Positions 17,473-26,297 of a stretch of DNA of 64,000 nt are shown here, in pieces; positions within the stretch are counted from its first letter, which is position 1; each line of letters starts with the position of its first letter. The stretch spans positions 6,076,532 through 6,140,531 of the forward strand of contig CBDDPY010000002.1 in assembly GCA_965232515.1 (NCBI GenBank). Reading direction: 5' to 3'. The notes under the pieces are model-generated. The model saw only the letters and a program-made list of their open reading frames with translations, was not told the DNA's origin and did no database searches. Made by a program: the position numbers and the translations under genes. The DNA is from Alphaproteobacteria bacterium (GTDB lineage Bacteria; Pseudomonadota; Alphaproteobacteria; GCA-2731375).

Positions 17473-19700
17473 CGGCGATCCCGACCAGCCGCGGACCGGC
17501 CGACGACGTCGTCGGTCCGGAGGCCTACGTGCGCGTCGACGCCAAGGGCATGGCGCACCTGCATCTTCTGGTCGAGAACCTGCATTGCGGCAAATGCGTG
17601 CAGGCGATCGAGGGCGCGTTGCGGCCACAGCCGGCGGTGACCGAAGCGCGCGTGAACATGACGACCCGCCGCCTGGCGTTGAGCTGGCGCGTCGACGGCG
17701 CCGGCGCCGGTGAGTTGCTCGCGCCGGTGACGGCGCTCGGTTACCGGCTGGTGCCGTTCAATCCCGCCGCGCTGGAAAGCAACGCCGCCGAGCAGGATCG
17801 CATGTTGCTGCGTTGCGTCGCCGTCGCCGGCTTTGCCGCGGCGAACGTGATGCTGCTGTCGGTCTCGGTCTGGGCCGGCGCCTTCTCCGACGATATGGGG
17901 CCGGCGACGCGCGATTTCCTGCACTGGATATCGGCCCTGATTGCGATGCCGGCCGTGGCCTACGCGGGCCGGCCGTTCTTCCGCTCGGCGGCCGCCGTGT
18001 TGCGCAACGGCGCCACAAACATGGACGTGCCGATCTCGCTCGCCGTCCTGCTCGCCACCGGCATGAGCCTGCAGCAAACCATTGTCAGCGGTCCGCACGC
18101 CTATTTCGACGCCTCGGTCACGCTGCTGTTCTTCCTGTTGATCGGCCGCTACCTCGACCGGCGTGCCCGCAGCCGCGCGCGCGATGCGGCCGAGCAGCTG
18201 ATGCTGCTGGGCGCGGTCGCGGCGACGGTCATCGAGCCGGACGGCCAGCGTCGGGCGCGTCCGGTGGGCGCTGTCAGGCCCGGCATGGCCGTCGCGGTGG
18301 CGCCTGGCGACCGGCTGCCGGTCGACGGGCGTGTCCGCGCCGGTCAATCGACGGTCGATACCAGTCTGGTCACTGGCGAGACGATGCCGCTGTCGGTGGC
18401 GCCGGGCACGGACGTTTTTGCCGGCACCCTCAATCTCGATGCGCCGCTGGAGGTGACGGTGACGGCGGCCGGCGAGGGCACGCTGCTGGCCGAGATCGTG
18501 CGCCTGATCGAGGCCGCGGCGCAGGGGCGCGATCGCTACGTGCGTCTCGCCGACCGGTTCTCCCGGGTTTATGCGCCGGCCGTGCATCTGCTTGCGGGTG
18601 GCGCATTTGTCGGCTGGCTGCTGCTGGGCGGGCTCGCCTGGCAGCCGGCGCTGATGATCGCCGTCGCCGTGCTGATCATCACCTGTCCTTGCGCGTTGGG
18701 TCTGGCCGTGCCGGCGGTGCAGGTCGTGGCCAGTGGCCGTCTGATGCGCCGCGGCGTGCTGGTCAAGGCGGCCGACGGCCTGGAGCGCTTGGCGGACGCC
18801 GATACGGTGGTGTTCGACAAAACCGGCACGCTGACGGTCGGCCGGCCGGAACTGACCAACCGTCAGGACGTGTCGAACGAGGATTTGACGATCGCGGCCT
18901 CGCTGGCGGCGGCCAGTCGGCACCCGCTCGCCCGCGCGCTCAGCCGCGCCGCCGGTCCGACGCCGCTGCGCGATGGTGTGCGCGAAACCGCCGGTATGGG
19001 ACTGGCCGCGCCCGTCGACGGTGGCGAAGCGCGGCTTGGCAATGCCGCCTGGTGCGAGGTGACCGCGACGGACGAGACGGCGCCCGGCTCGGAGCTCTGG
19101 CTGCGGCGGCCCGGCGCCGAACCGGTCCGGTTCGCCTTCGAGGATCGGCTGCGCGACGACGCCGAGCATGTCGTGGCGGAGCTGCGGCGGCGCGGGCTGG
19201 CGGTGGAGCTGTTGTCCGGCGACCGCGCACCCGTTGTCGCAGCCGTGGCCGAGCGTCTCGGTATCGAACGCTGGTCGGCCGGCTGCCGGCCGGCGGGCAA
19301 GGTGGCGCGGCTGGAGGCACTGGCGAACGAGGGACGCAAGGTGCTGATGGTCGGCGACGGTCTGAACGATGCGCCGGCGCTGGCGGCGGCCCACGCCTCG
19401 ATGTCGCCCGCCGAGGCCGCCGATATCAGCCGCACGGCCGCCGATTTCGTGTTTCAGGGCCGGCGCCTGACGCCGATCGTCGGCACGCTGGACCTGTCCC
19501 GGCGGGCGCGCCATCTGGTGCTGCAGAACTTCGCGCTGGCGCTGGCCTACAACGTGATCGCCGTGCCGATCGCGCTCGCCGGCCTGGTGACGCCGCTGAT
19601 CGCGGCGGTGGCGATGTCGTCTTCGTCGCTGATCGTCACGCTGAACGCCTTGCGGCTGCGGCGCGGCGGCATCGCGGCCGGAACGGATGCGGGCCGATGA
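17460..19700 (+). CDS. ccoI: Copper-translocating P1B-type ATPase CcoI/FixI.
   Basis: N-terminal HMA-like CGKC, the CPC transmembrane motif, DKTGT phosphorylation site and GDGLNDAPAL. An alternative start lies at 17397. Confidence 0.85.
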   Translation: MAEVAAIPTSRGPADDVVGPEAYVRVDAKGMAHLHLLVENLHCGKCVQAIEGALRPQPAVTEARVNMTTRRLALSWRVDGAGAGELLAPVTALGYRLVPFNPAALESNAAEQDRMLLRCVAVAGFAAANVMLLSVSVWAGAFSDDMGPATRDFLHWISALIAMPAVAYAGRPFFRSAAAVLRNGATNMDVPISLAVLLATGMSLQQTIVSGPHAYFDASVTLLFFLLIGRYLDRRARSRARDAAEQLMLLGAVAATVIEPDGQRRARPVGAVRPGMAVAVAPGDRLPVDGRVRAGQSTVDTSLVTGETMPLSVAPGTDVFAGTLNLDAPLEVTVTAAGEGTLLAEIVRLIEAAAQGRDRYVRLADRFSRVYAPAVHLLAGGAFVGWLLLGGLAWQPALMIAVAVLIITCPCALGLAVPAVQVVASGRLMRRGVLVKAADGLERLADADTVVFDKTGTLTVGRPELTNRQDVSNEDLTIAASLAAASRHPLARALSRAAGPTPLRDGVRETAGMGLAAPVDGGEARLGNAAWCEVTATDETAPGSELWLRRPGAEPVRFAFEDRLRDDAEHVVAELRRRGLAVELLSGDRAPVVAAVAERLGIERWSAGCRPAGKVARLEALANEGRKVLMVGDGLNDAPALAAAHASMSPAEAADISRTAADFVFQGRRLTPIVGTLDLSRRARHLVLQNFALALAYNVIAVPIALAGLVTPLIAAVAMSSSSLIVTLNALRLRRGGIAAGTDAGR

Positions 19701-19864
19701 CCGGTCTGGTCTATCTCATACCGGTGGCGCTGTTTCTGGGACTGCTGGGCCTCGCCGCCTTTCTCTGGACGCTGCGGTCCGGGCAATACGACGACCTCGA
19801 CGGCGCCGCCCATCGCATCCTGTTCGACGACGACAATCCATCGGACGACCAGCGGCCGAAATAG
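19697..19864 (+). CDS. ccoS: CcoS/FixS small cbb3 maturation protein (55 aa).
   Basis: MTGLVYLIPVALFLGLLGLAAFLWTLRSGQYDDLDGAAHRILFDDDNPSDDQRPK. Its ATG overlaps the ccoI stop. In the track it is hidden at the 3' end of the spurious 683-aa ORF 17813..19864. Confidence 0.65.
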   Translation: MTGLVYLIPVALFLGLLGLAAFLWTLRSGQYDDLDGAAHRILFDDDNPSDDQRPK

Positions 19865-19868
19865 AGCG

Positions 19869-20648
19869 TCAGGCCGGCGGCTCGATCATCGCACGGTAGG
19901 CGTGCCAGGTGGCGTGGCCAACCAGCGGGAACGTGACAATCAGGCCAAGATAGCCGAAGGCGATGCCGAAGCCGGTGATCAGCGCGATCAGCCAGGCCCA
20001 GAGCAGCATGACCTTGAAGTTCTGGCGCACGACCTGAACGCTGGTGAGCATCGCGGTGATGGCGTCGAGGTCGCGGACCATCAGCATCGGCACCGAGATC
20101 GCCGACACGGCAAAGGCGATGAAGGCCAGGACGCCGCCCGCGGCGGAACCGATGGCGAGGAAGATCAGCCCCCTTGGCGTGAACAGGAGCGTCGGCACGA
20201 ATTCCGACAGCGGCGGATAGTCCGCGCCGTAGAACACGGCGAACAGCAGCGTCGCGACGCGGATCCAGGCGAGGATGAAGAAGGTTAGCAGGGCGCCGAT
20301 AAAGGCAAGCTGAGTTGGCGAGGCGGTGGCGACGAAAATCACGTCGCGGGCCAGGATCGGCTGATTGGCCTCAAGCCGGCGGCTTTTTTCGTAGAGGCCG
20401 ACCGCCAGCATCGGGCCGATCAGCATGAAGCCCGCCGCCATCGGCAGCACCAGGGGGAACAGATCGAATGCCAACAACGCGCCGGTCATGGCGAAGCTGG
20501 CGACCGTGACGGCGAGGCCGTAAAGCAGACTGATGCCCGGCGAGCGCCACAGGTCGCGCCAGCCGGCGGCGAGCCATGTCCAGGGCTGCTCCATATCCAC
20601 CTTGCGCACGACAGGCGGCGCAGGCGGCGTATAGGTGTCTGTCGTCAC
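19869..20648 (-). CDS. DUF2189-type integral membrane protein.
   Basis: 259 aa with multiple TM helices. It lies convergent to, and immediately downstream of, ccoS. An alternative ATG start (MEQPWTWL) is at 20594. Confidence 0.55.
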   Translation of the reverse strand: MTTDTYTPPAPPVVRKVDMEQPWTWLAAGWRDLWRSPGISLLYGLAVTVASFAMTGALLAFDLFPLVLPMAAGFMLIGPMLAVGLYEKSRRLEANQPILARDVIFVATASPTQLAFIGALLTFFILAWIRVATLLFAVFYGADYPPLSEFVPTLLFTPRGLIFLAIGSAAGGVLAFIAFAVSAISVPMLMVRDLDAITAMLTSVQVVRQNFKVMLLWAWLIALITGFGIAFGYLGLIVTFPLVGHATWHAYRAMIEPPA

Positions 20649-20791
20649 AGCATGCGTTCCTTTCCCGATGCCGAATACCGCTCCAGGTTATGTGCAATCA
20701 TACGTGATCAGGTCAATCATGGGCTTGATTTCACGCAATCCGGGCCAAGGTCTAGCCGGAGACCGAAATTGCCCGCACGAGGTGTCCGATC

Positions 20792-21331
20792 ATGCGCCGT
20801 CTGCTCCTCGCCATGGCCTTGCTTATCGTCTCTGCGCCGGCGTTCGCCGGTGCGAAATCGGCGCATGACTTCAGTTTTACCAGTATCGACGGCGCGCCGC
20901 TGCCGCTCGATCGACTATCGGGAAAAGCCGTGCTGGTCGTCAATACCGCGTCATTTTGCGGCTTCACCCACCAGTACGCCGACTTGCAGGCCCTTTGGCA
21001 GCGGTATCGTGACAAGGGTCTAGTGGTTCTGGGCGTGCCGTCGAACGATTTCGGCGGCCAGGAGCCGGGAACCGAGGCCGAAATCAAGGAATTCTGCGAG
21101 GTCAACTTCGACGTGGACTTCCCGCTGACCGAGAAGGTCAGCGTTCGCGGCGCCAAGGCGCACCCGTTTTATCAATGGGCCAAGGCCGAGCTGGGGGATG
21201 CCGCCGCGCCGCGCTGGAATTTCCACAAATATCTGGTCGCGCCCGATGGCCGGCTCGCCGGATGGTTTTCGACCCGCGAGCGGCCGGACAGTGAGCGACT
21301 GACGTCCGCCATCGACGCCGTGCTGCCTTGA
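20792..21331 (+). CDS. gpx: Glutathione peroxidase (periplasmic/exported).
   Basis: Signal peptide, then the GPx motifs LVVNTASFCGFT and LGVPSNDFGGQEPG. A GAGG RBS precedes ATG 20792. Confidence 0.85.
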   Translation: MRRLLLAMALLIVSAPAFAGAKSAHDFSFTSIDGAPLPLDRLSGKAVLVVNTASFCGFTHQYADLQALWQRYRDKGLVVLGVPSNDFGGQEPGTEAEIKEFCEVNFDVDFPLTEKVSVRGAKAHPFYQWAKAELGDAAAPRWNFHKYLVAPDGRLAGWFSTRERPDSERLTSAIDAVLP

Positions 21332-21556
21332 CGTCGCCATTCGTGGACGACAGCTGGCGGCGATCGCCGGCATGGCCTTAAGACAACCTTAACGCGGTTT
21401 AACAATAATTGTGATCACCATTTAGGCGTACCCATGTCTGGAGCCGGTCTCGGTGATATTCGCCGCACGGCACCTGATCGGCTGACAGACCGGGCGCGAG
21501 GGCATAGGTATGGTGATGTGCATTCCGCAGTCTGACGAGCTGTCCGGAGCGGTGGA

Positions 21557-22630
21557 TTGACGGCCGCCCGCGGCGACATAACCGGCGGCCAGGGCTTCAC
21601 GTCGGTCCGGTTCACGCAGGAACTGCTCGAGCGCGTGCAAAGGCTGCACGAACGCTATCTGAAGGGCATTCCGAATGGCCGTCGTTGCGTGCTCTGTATG
21701 TGCGATCTCAGCGATCTGGATTTCCGCCAACTCGACTTTTCGGACGCCGAGTTCATTGCCTGCGATTTTTCCGGCTCGGACTTTCGCGGCGCGACCTTCC
21801 GCTCGGCGACGATCTATAGCGCCAAGTTCGACGGGGCCAATCTGGGCGGGGCCGATTTCGAGCGCGCCAACCTGCGCGGCGCGACCTTTCAGGACACCAA
21901 CCTGACGCAGACCTCGTTTGTCGGCGCCGACCTGCGCCGGGCCGGCCAGATCAACCTGGAAGAACTGGTGCTGACCGACGAAGCGCCGTCCACCTTTCGC
22001 GGCGCCCGGCTACGGAAGACGAAACTCGCCGGGGCCAAGCTCAAGGCCGCGGACTTCACGGCGGCGACATTGGACTGCACGGACTTCAAGGGCGCCGACC
22101 TGCGCGGCACGCAGTTCAAACACGCCGCGTTCGTCGATGCCGAGCTGCGGGGCGCCTATCTGACGGACGCCGATCTTCGCGGCGCGTCGTTCGAGGGCGT
22201 CGACCTCGGCGATGTCGACCTGACCCTGGTGCAAACAAACCCCAAGGCGCCCGAGCCGGCGGAACTGGGGCGCATGCTGGATGCGCATCAGCAATGGCTT
22301 GCCAGCAACGGCCAGGAGGGCGCGCGCGGCGACTTCTCGTCGCTGGATTTGAGCGGCCACATATTCCGGGGCGCGATGCTGGCGGCGGCGAACCTCGCCG
22401 ATGCCATTCTGGCGAAGGCGAACCTGCAAAGCGCCAATCTGGCCGCGGCCGATCTGCGTGGCGCCAACCTGAACGGCGCCGAGCTCGATGACGCGGATCT
22501 GCGCGGCGCGGATCTGCGCGACGCTTTCATCTCCGACGAACAGCTCGCCTCGGCGAAGACCGGTCAGTTGCCTGGTGTCAGCAAGCTGACGCAGACCGAC
22601 ACCGACGAGGGCGCGGCGGGCGGCGATTGA
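21557..22630 (+). CDS. Pentapeptide-repeat protein.
   Basis: It has more than 30 tandem A(D/N)LxGA-type pentapeptides (ADLRGANLNGAELDDADLRGADLRDA). The start is uncertain: the track uses TTG 21557, and the first ATG is 21698. Confidence 0.6.
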   Translation: MTAARGDITGGQGFTSVRFTQELLERVQRLHERYLKGIPNGRRCVLCMCDLSDLDFRQLDFSDAEFIACDFSGSDFRGATFRSATIYSAKFDGANLGGADFERANLRGATFQDTNLTQTSFVGADLRRAGQINLEELVLTDEAPSTFRGARLRKTKLAGAKLKAADFTAATLDCTDFKGADLRGTQFKHAAFVDAELRGAYLTDADLRGASFEGVDLGDVDLTLVQTNPKAPEPAELGRMLDAHQQWLASNGQEGARGDFSSLDLSGHIFRGAMLAAANLADAILAKANLQSANLAAADLRGANLNGAELDDADLRGADLRDAFISDEQLASAKTGQLPGVSKLTQTDTDEGAAGGD

Positions 22631-22641
22631 CAGCGACGCGA

Positions 22642-23262
22642 TCAGGGATTTTGCCGGGCGAGCAGCGCCTTCAGTCGTTTTTCGGCGAGAGAAATTTCCG
22701 CCGCGGTCATCCGGGTTTCGAGTTCGGCAACGGCGACCGCGCCATCGCTGCGTCCCAGCAGGCCGGCATAGGTCAGCAGGAAATGCGCTTCGACCCGGTC
22801 TTCCGGCACCAGCCAACCACGCGCGTACAGCAGCCCCATCTGAATGGCGCAGACCGCGGCCTGGGCCTTGCCGTGGTCGTCGGCCGATAATCCCTGGGCG
22901 GTGACGGCGCGGCCCCAATACAGGCGCGCCGCCAACGCGTCCTCGTCGGCTTCGCTGCCGGCGGAGTAGTGGAGATAGAGCTCGTACTGAGCGCCGATAT
23001 GGCCTTGCTCGGCCGCGTGTCGCAGCCAGACGAGGGCCGCCGCCGCGTTCTTGGCGATGCCGTGGCCGCCCTCTTTTTGCATCACGCCGAGATAGAACTG
23101 GGCCCGGGCATCGCCCTGGTCGGCGAGCGGCGTGAATTCGTCGACCGCCCGCAGCCAATTGCCCCGCAAATAGGTGTCATAGCCTACATCGAAGTCGGCC
23201 AGCGCCGCCGGTGCCTGGATCATCGTCGCAACGGCGGCGCAGAAACCGAGAATTCTGAACAT
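22642..23262 (-). CDS. Sel1/TPR-like repeat protein, secreted.
   Basis: The start is taken as MFRILGFCAAVATMIQAPAALA (signal peptide) at 23262. It has Sel1-like repeats (AQFYLGVMQKEGGHGIAKNAAAALVWLRHAAEQGHIGAQYEL). Confidence 0.7.
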   Translation of the reverse strand: MFRILGFCAAVATMIQAPAALADFDVGYDTYLRGNWLRAVDEFTPLADQGDARAQFYLGVMQKEGGHGIAKNAAAALVWLRHAAEQGHIGAQYELYLHYSAGSEADEDALAARLYWGRAVTAQGLSADDHGKAQAAVCAIQMGLLYARGWLVPEDRVEAHFLLTYAGLLGRSDGAVAVAELETRMTAAEISLAEKRLKALLARQNP

Positions 23263-23339
23263 GACGGCTCCATGATACCGGGCGATCGCGCGGGCCGGTT
23301 GACGCTGGACGTTGCCTGCCGCAGGTTCGCATCTGAGAC

Positions 23340-26297
23340 ATGAGCGGATCAAGAATGCCGACCTCGCCGTTTATCGACGCCATCGCCACCTGCCCGCCGC
23401 CGCACGACCGGGAACGGGTGGCGCGCGCCAGCGAAGATCTGTCGACGGCCGCCGCCGAGGCCGACGGCGCCGTTGCCGACGCGGTCGCATTGATGCGTGG
23501 CGACGCGGCCGGCGAGGCGCTGCTGGCCGCCGTGTTCGGCAACAGCCCGTTTCTGACCCGCACACTGCTGCGCGAGACCGCGTTTTTTCCGACGCTGCTG
23601 TCGGCGTCCGCGGCCGAGACCTTCGCGGCGGTGCTGGCCGAAGTCGACGCGACGCCGGCCGAGGCGGCGTCGCAGGCCGAGATGACGCGGCGGCTGCGCC
23701 TGGCGCGGCGGCGCGTGGCGCTGCTGGTCGCCATGGCCGATATCGCCGGTATGTGGCAGGCGCCTCAGGTCGTCGAGGCCCTGACGGCATTCGCGGATGC
23801 GACCGTGCAGGCCGGGGTGCGCTGGCTCTTGCGGCAGCTTCACGAGAAAGGCGACCTGGCGCTTCCCGATCCGGCGGCGGCGGACGTCGGCAGCGGCCTT
23901 GCGATCATCGCGATGGGCAAGTTCGGCGCGCACGAGCTGAACTATTCCAGCGATATCGACTTCGTGATGGTGTTCGACCAGGACGTGACGCCCTATCAGG
24001 GCAAGGACACGCCGCAAGCGAGCTTCATCCGGCTCAGCCAGGCCCTCGTCAAGCTGCTGCAGGAGGCCACCGCCGACGGCTACGTGTTCCGCACCGACCT
24101 CCGGCTGCGGCCGGATCCCGGCGTGACGCCGACGGTGATCTCGATGATGGCGGCGGAGCAGTATTACGAGAGCATGGGCCAGAACTGGGAGCGGGCGGCG
24201 ATGATCAAGGCCCGCGCCGCGGCTGGCGACATCCCGGCCGGCGAGGCGTATCTCGCCCGGCTGGCGCCCTTCATCTGGCGCAAAAACCTGGATTTCGCCG
24301 CCATCGAGGACGTGCATTCCATCAAGTCGCAGATCCATGCCCACCGGGGCCTGGGCAAGATCGTCGTGCCGGGCCAGAACATCAAGCTGGGGCCGGGCGG
24401 CATTCGCGATATCGAGTTCTTTGCCCAGACCCAGCAGCTGATCGCCGGCGGCCGCGATCCCGATCTGCGCCAGCGCGCGACCTGCGGCGCGCTGCGTGCT
24501 CTGGCCGAAGCCGGCTGGATCGACGACGGCGTCGCCGACGCCCTGACCGCATGCTATTGGTATCACCGCCAGGTCGAGCATCGACTGCAGATGGTTGGCG
24601 ACGAGCAGACCCATTCGCTGCCCGACAGCGACGATGGTCTGACGCATATCGCCCGGTTCATGGGCTATGACGACCGGGGCGCGTTCGAGAAAGACCTGCT
24701 CGAGCGCCTCAACACCGTTCGTGGCCACTATGCGGCGCTGTTCCAGAAATCGGCGCCGCTGGCCGCCGGCGGCAATCTGGTCTTCACCGGCACCGAGGAC
24801 GATCCGGAAACGCTGGAAACGCTGAGCGGCATGGGCTTCGAACGGCCGGACAGCGTGTCGGCCGAGATCCGGGGCTGGCATCACGGCCGCTATCGCGCCA
24901 CTCGTAGCACGCGCAGCCGCGAGTTGTTGACCAAGCTGATGCCCGCGTTGCTTGCGACCATGGCGAAGACGGCGGATCCGGACGCCACGTTCGGCCGCTT
25001 CGGCCGCTTTCTCGAGGGCCTGCCGTCGGGCGTGCAGCTGTTCTCGCTGCTGTTCGCGCACCCCAATCTGCTCGATCTGATGGCCGCCATCATGGGCGCG
25101 GCGCCGCGGCTGGCGAACTATCTGAGCCGCAGCGCGACGGTACTCGACGCCGTGCTGGAGCCGGATTTCTTCAATCACCTGCCGCCGTGCGAGATCCTCT
25201 GCGAGGATCTGCAGGAAGCGTTGCGCACGACGCGCGACTTCGAGGATGTGCTCGATGTCTCGCGTCGCTGGACGCGCGAACGGCGGTTCCAGCTCGGCGT
25301 GCAAGTGCTCAACAACACGACCGACGCGGACACGGCCGGCCGCAATTACGCCGATGTCGCCGAGGCCGTGATCACGGACCTCTGTCCGCGCGTCGAGGCC
25401 GACTTCGCGGCGCGTCATGGCCGGGTGCCAGGCGGTGGCATGGCCGTGCTGGCCATGGGCAAGCTGGGCGGCCGGGAGATGAGCGCGACGTCCGACCTGG
25501 ACCTGATCTTCATCTATGACTACGACGCGTCCGCGGCCGAGTCGGATGGCGCCAGGCCGCTTGCCGCAGGGCACTATTTCACCCGGTTGAGCCAGCGCTT
25601 GCTGAACGCGCTGACGGTGCAGACCTCGGAAGGCGCGCTCTATGAGGTCGATATGCGCTTGCGGCCGTCGGGCAACGCCGGGCCGGTGGCGACGCAACTG
25701 GAGACGTTCCAGACCTATCAGCGCGAGCAGGCCTGGACCTGGGAGCATATGGCGTTGACCCGGGCGCGTGTGGTCGCCGGCCCGCCGGCATTGACGGCGG
25801 AAATCGCCGCCACGGTCGACGAGGTGCTGCGGCAGCCGCGCGAGCCGGCGCAGATCGCGACCGATGTTGTCGACATGCGGACACGCCTTGCCCGGGAGAA
25901 GCCGAGCGAGGACCCCTGGGAGCTGAAGCAGGTCCGCGGCGGCCTGATCGATCTCGAATTCATCGCTCAGTATCTTCAGCTCGTGAACGCCGCGAGCCAT
26001 CCCGATTGCCTCGACCGCAACACCGGCGAAGCCCTGGCAAAGCTGGGCAAGGTGGGCGTGCTGGAGGCGGACGTCGCCGGCGAGTTGGTTTCGGCCGTGA
26101 CCCTGATCCGCGGCCTCACCGGCGTGCTGCGGATCGCCATGGAAGGCCCGTTCGATCCGGAGAAGTCGCCGCAGGGCCTGCGCGACGTTTTGGCGAAGGT
26201 GGCCGGCGAGGCCGACTTCGCCGCCCTCGATCGGCGCTTAAGGGCGACCCAGGCTTTGGTGCACCAGCGGTTCCGGGAGATCGTCGGGGCAGGCTAA
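23340..26297 (+). CDS. glnE: Bifunctional glutamine synthetase adenylyltransferase / adenylyl-removing enzyme.
   Basis: 985 aa with two nucleotidyltransferase domains (GKFGAHELNYSSDIDFVMVFD and GKLGGREMSATSDLDLIFIYD). The antisense 883-aa ORF is an artefact. Confidence 0.9.
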   Translation: MSGSRMPTSPFIDAIATCPPPHDRERVARASEDLSTAAAEADGAVADAVALMRGDAAGEALLAAVFGNSPFLTRTLLRETAFFPTLLSASAAETFAAVLAEVDATPAEAASQAEMTRRLRLARRRVALLVAMADIAGMWQAPQVVEALTAFADATVQAGVRWLLRQLHEKGDLALPDPAAADVGSGLAIIAMGKFGAHELNYSSDIDFVMVFDQDVTPYQGKDTPQASFIRLSQALVKLLQEATADGYVFRTDLRLRPDPGVTPTVISMMAAEQYYESMGQNWERAAMIKARAAAGDIPAGEAYLARLAPFIWRKNLDFAAIEDVHSIKSQIHAHRGLGKIVVPGQNIKLGPGGIRDIEFFAQTQQLIAGGRDPDLRQRATCGALRALAEAGWIDDGVADALTACYWYHRQVEHRLQMVGDEQTHSLPDSDDGLTHIARFMGYDDRGAFEKDLLERLNTVRGHYAALFQKSAPLAAGGNLVFTGTEDDPETLETLSGMGFERPDSVSAEIRGWHHGRYRATRSTRSRELLTKLMPALLATMAKTADPDATFGRFGRFLEGLPSGVQLFSLLFAHPNLLDLMAAIMGAAPRLANYLSRSATVLDAVLEPDFFNHLPPCEILCEDLQEALRTTRDFEDVLDVSRRWTRERRFQLGVQVLNNTTDADTAGRNYADVAEAVITDLCPRVEADFAARHGRVPGGGMAVLAMGKLGGREMSATSDLDLIFIYDYDASAAESDGARPLAAGHYFTRLSQRLLNALTVQTSEGALYEVDMRLRPSGNAGPVATQLETFQTYQREQAWTWEHMALTRARVVAGPPALTAEIAATVDEVLRQPREPAQIATDVVDMRTRLAREKPSEDPWELKQVRGGLIDLEFIAQYLQLVNAASHPDCLDRNTGEALAKLGKVGVLEADVAGELVSAVTLIRGLTGVLRIAMEGPFDPEKSPQGLRDVLAKVAGEADFAALDRRLRATQALVHQRFREIVGAG

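Noticed and set aside
17813-19864. 683-aa plus-strand ORF overlapping ccoI in another frame.
   Set aside because: The translation is Arg/Gly/Ala low-complexity sequence. Only its last 56 codons, from ATG 19697, form a real gene, ccoS.
20649-20791. FNR-like half-site TTGATTTCACGCAATC upstream of gpx.
   Set aside because: Only the left half-site matches the TTGAT-N4-ATCAA consensus. The right half has 3 of 5 matches, which is too weak to call.
21557-21559. TTG used by the ORF track as the start of the pentapeptide-repeat gene.
   Set aside because: It is embedded in a TTGACG hexamer with no upstream RBS. It may be a promoter element and not a start codon. The gene is kept at this coordinate only for lack of a better-supported start.
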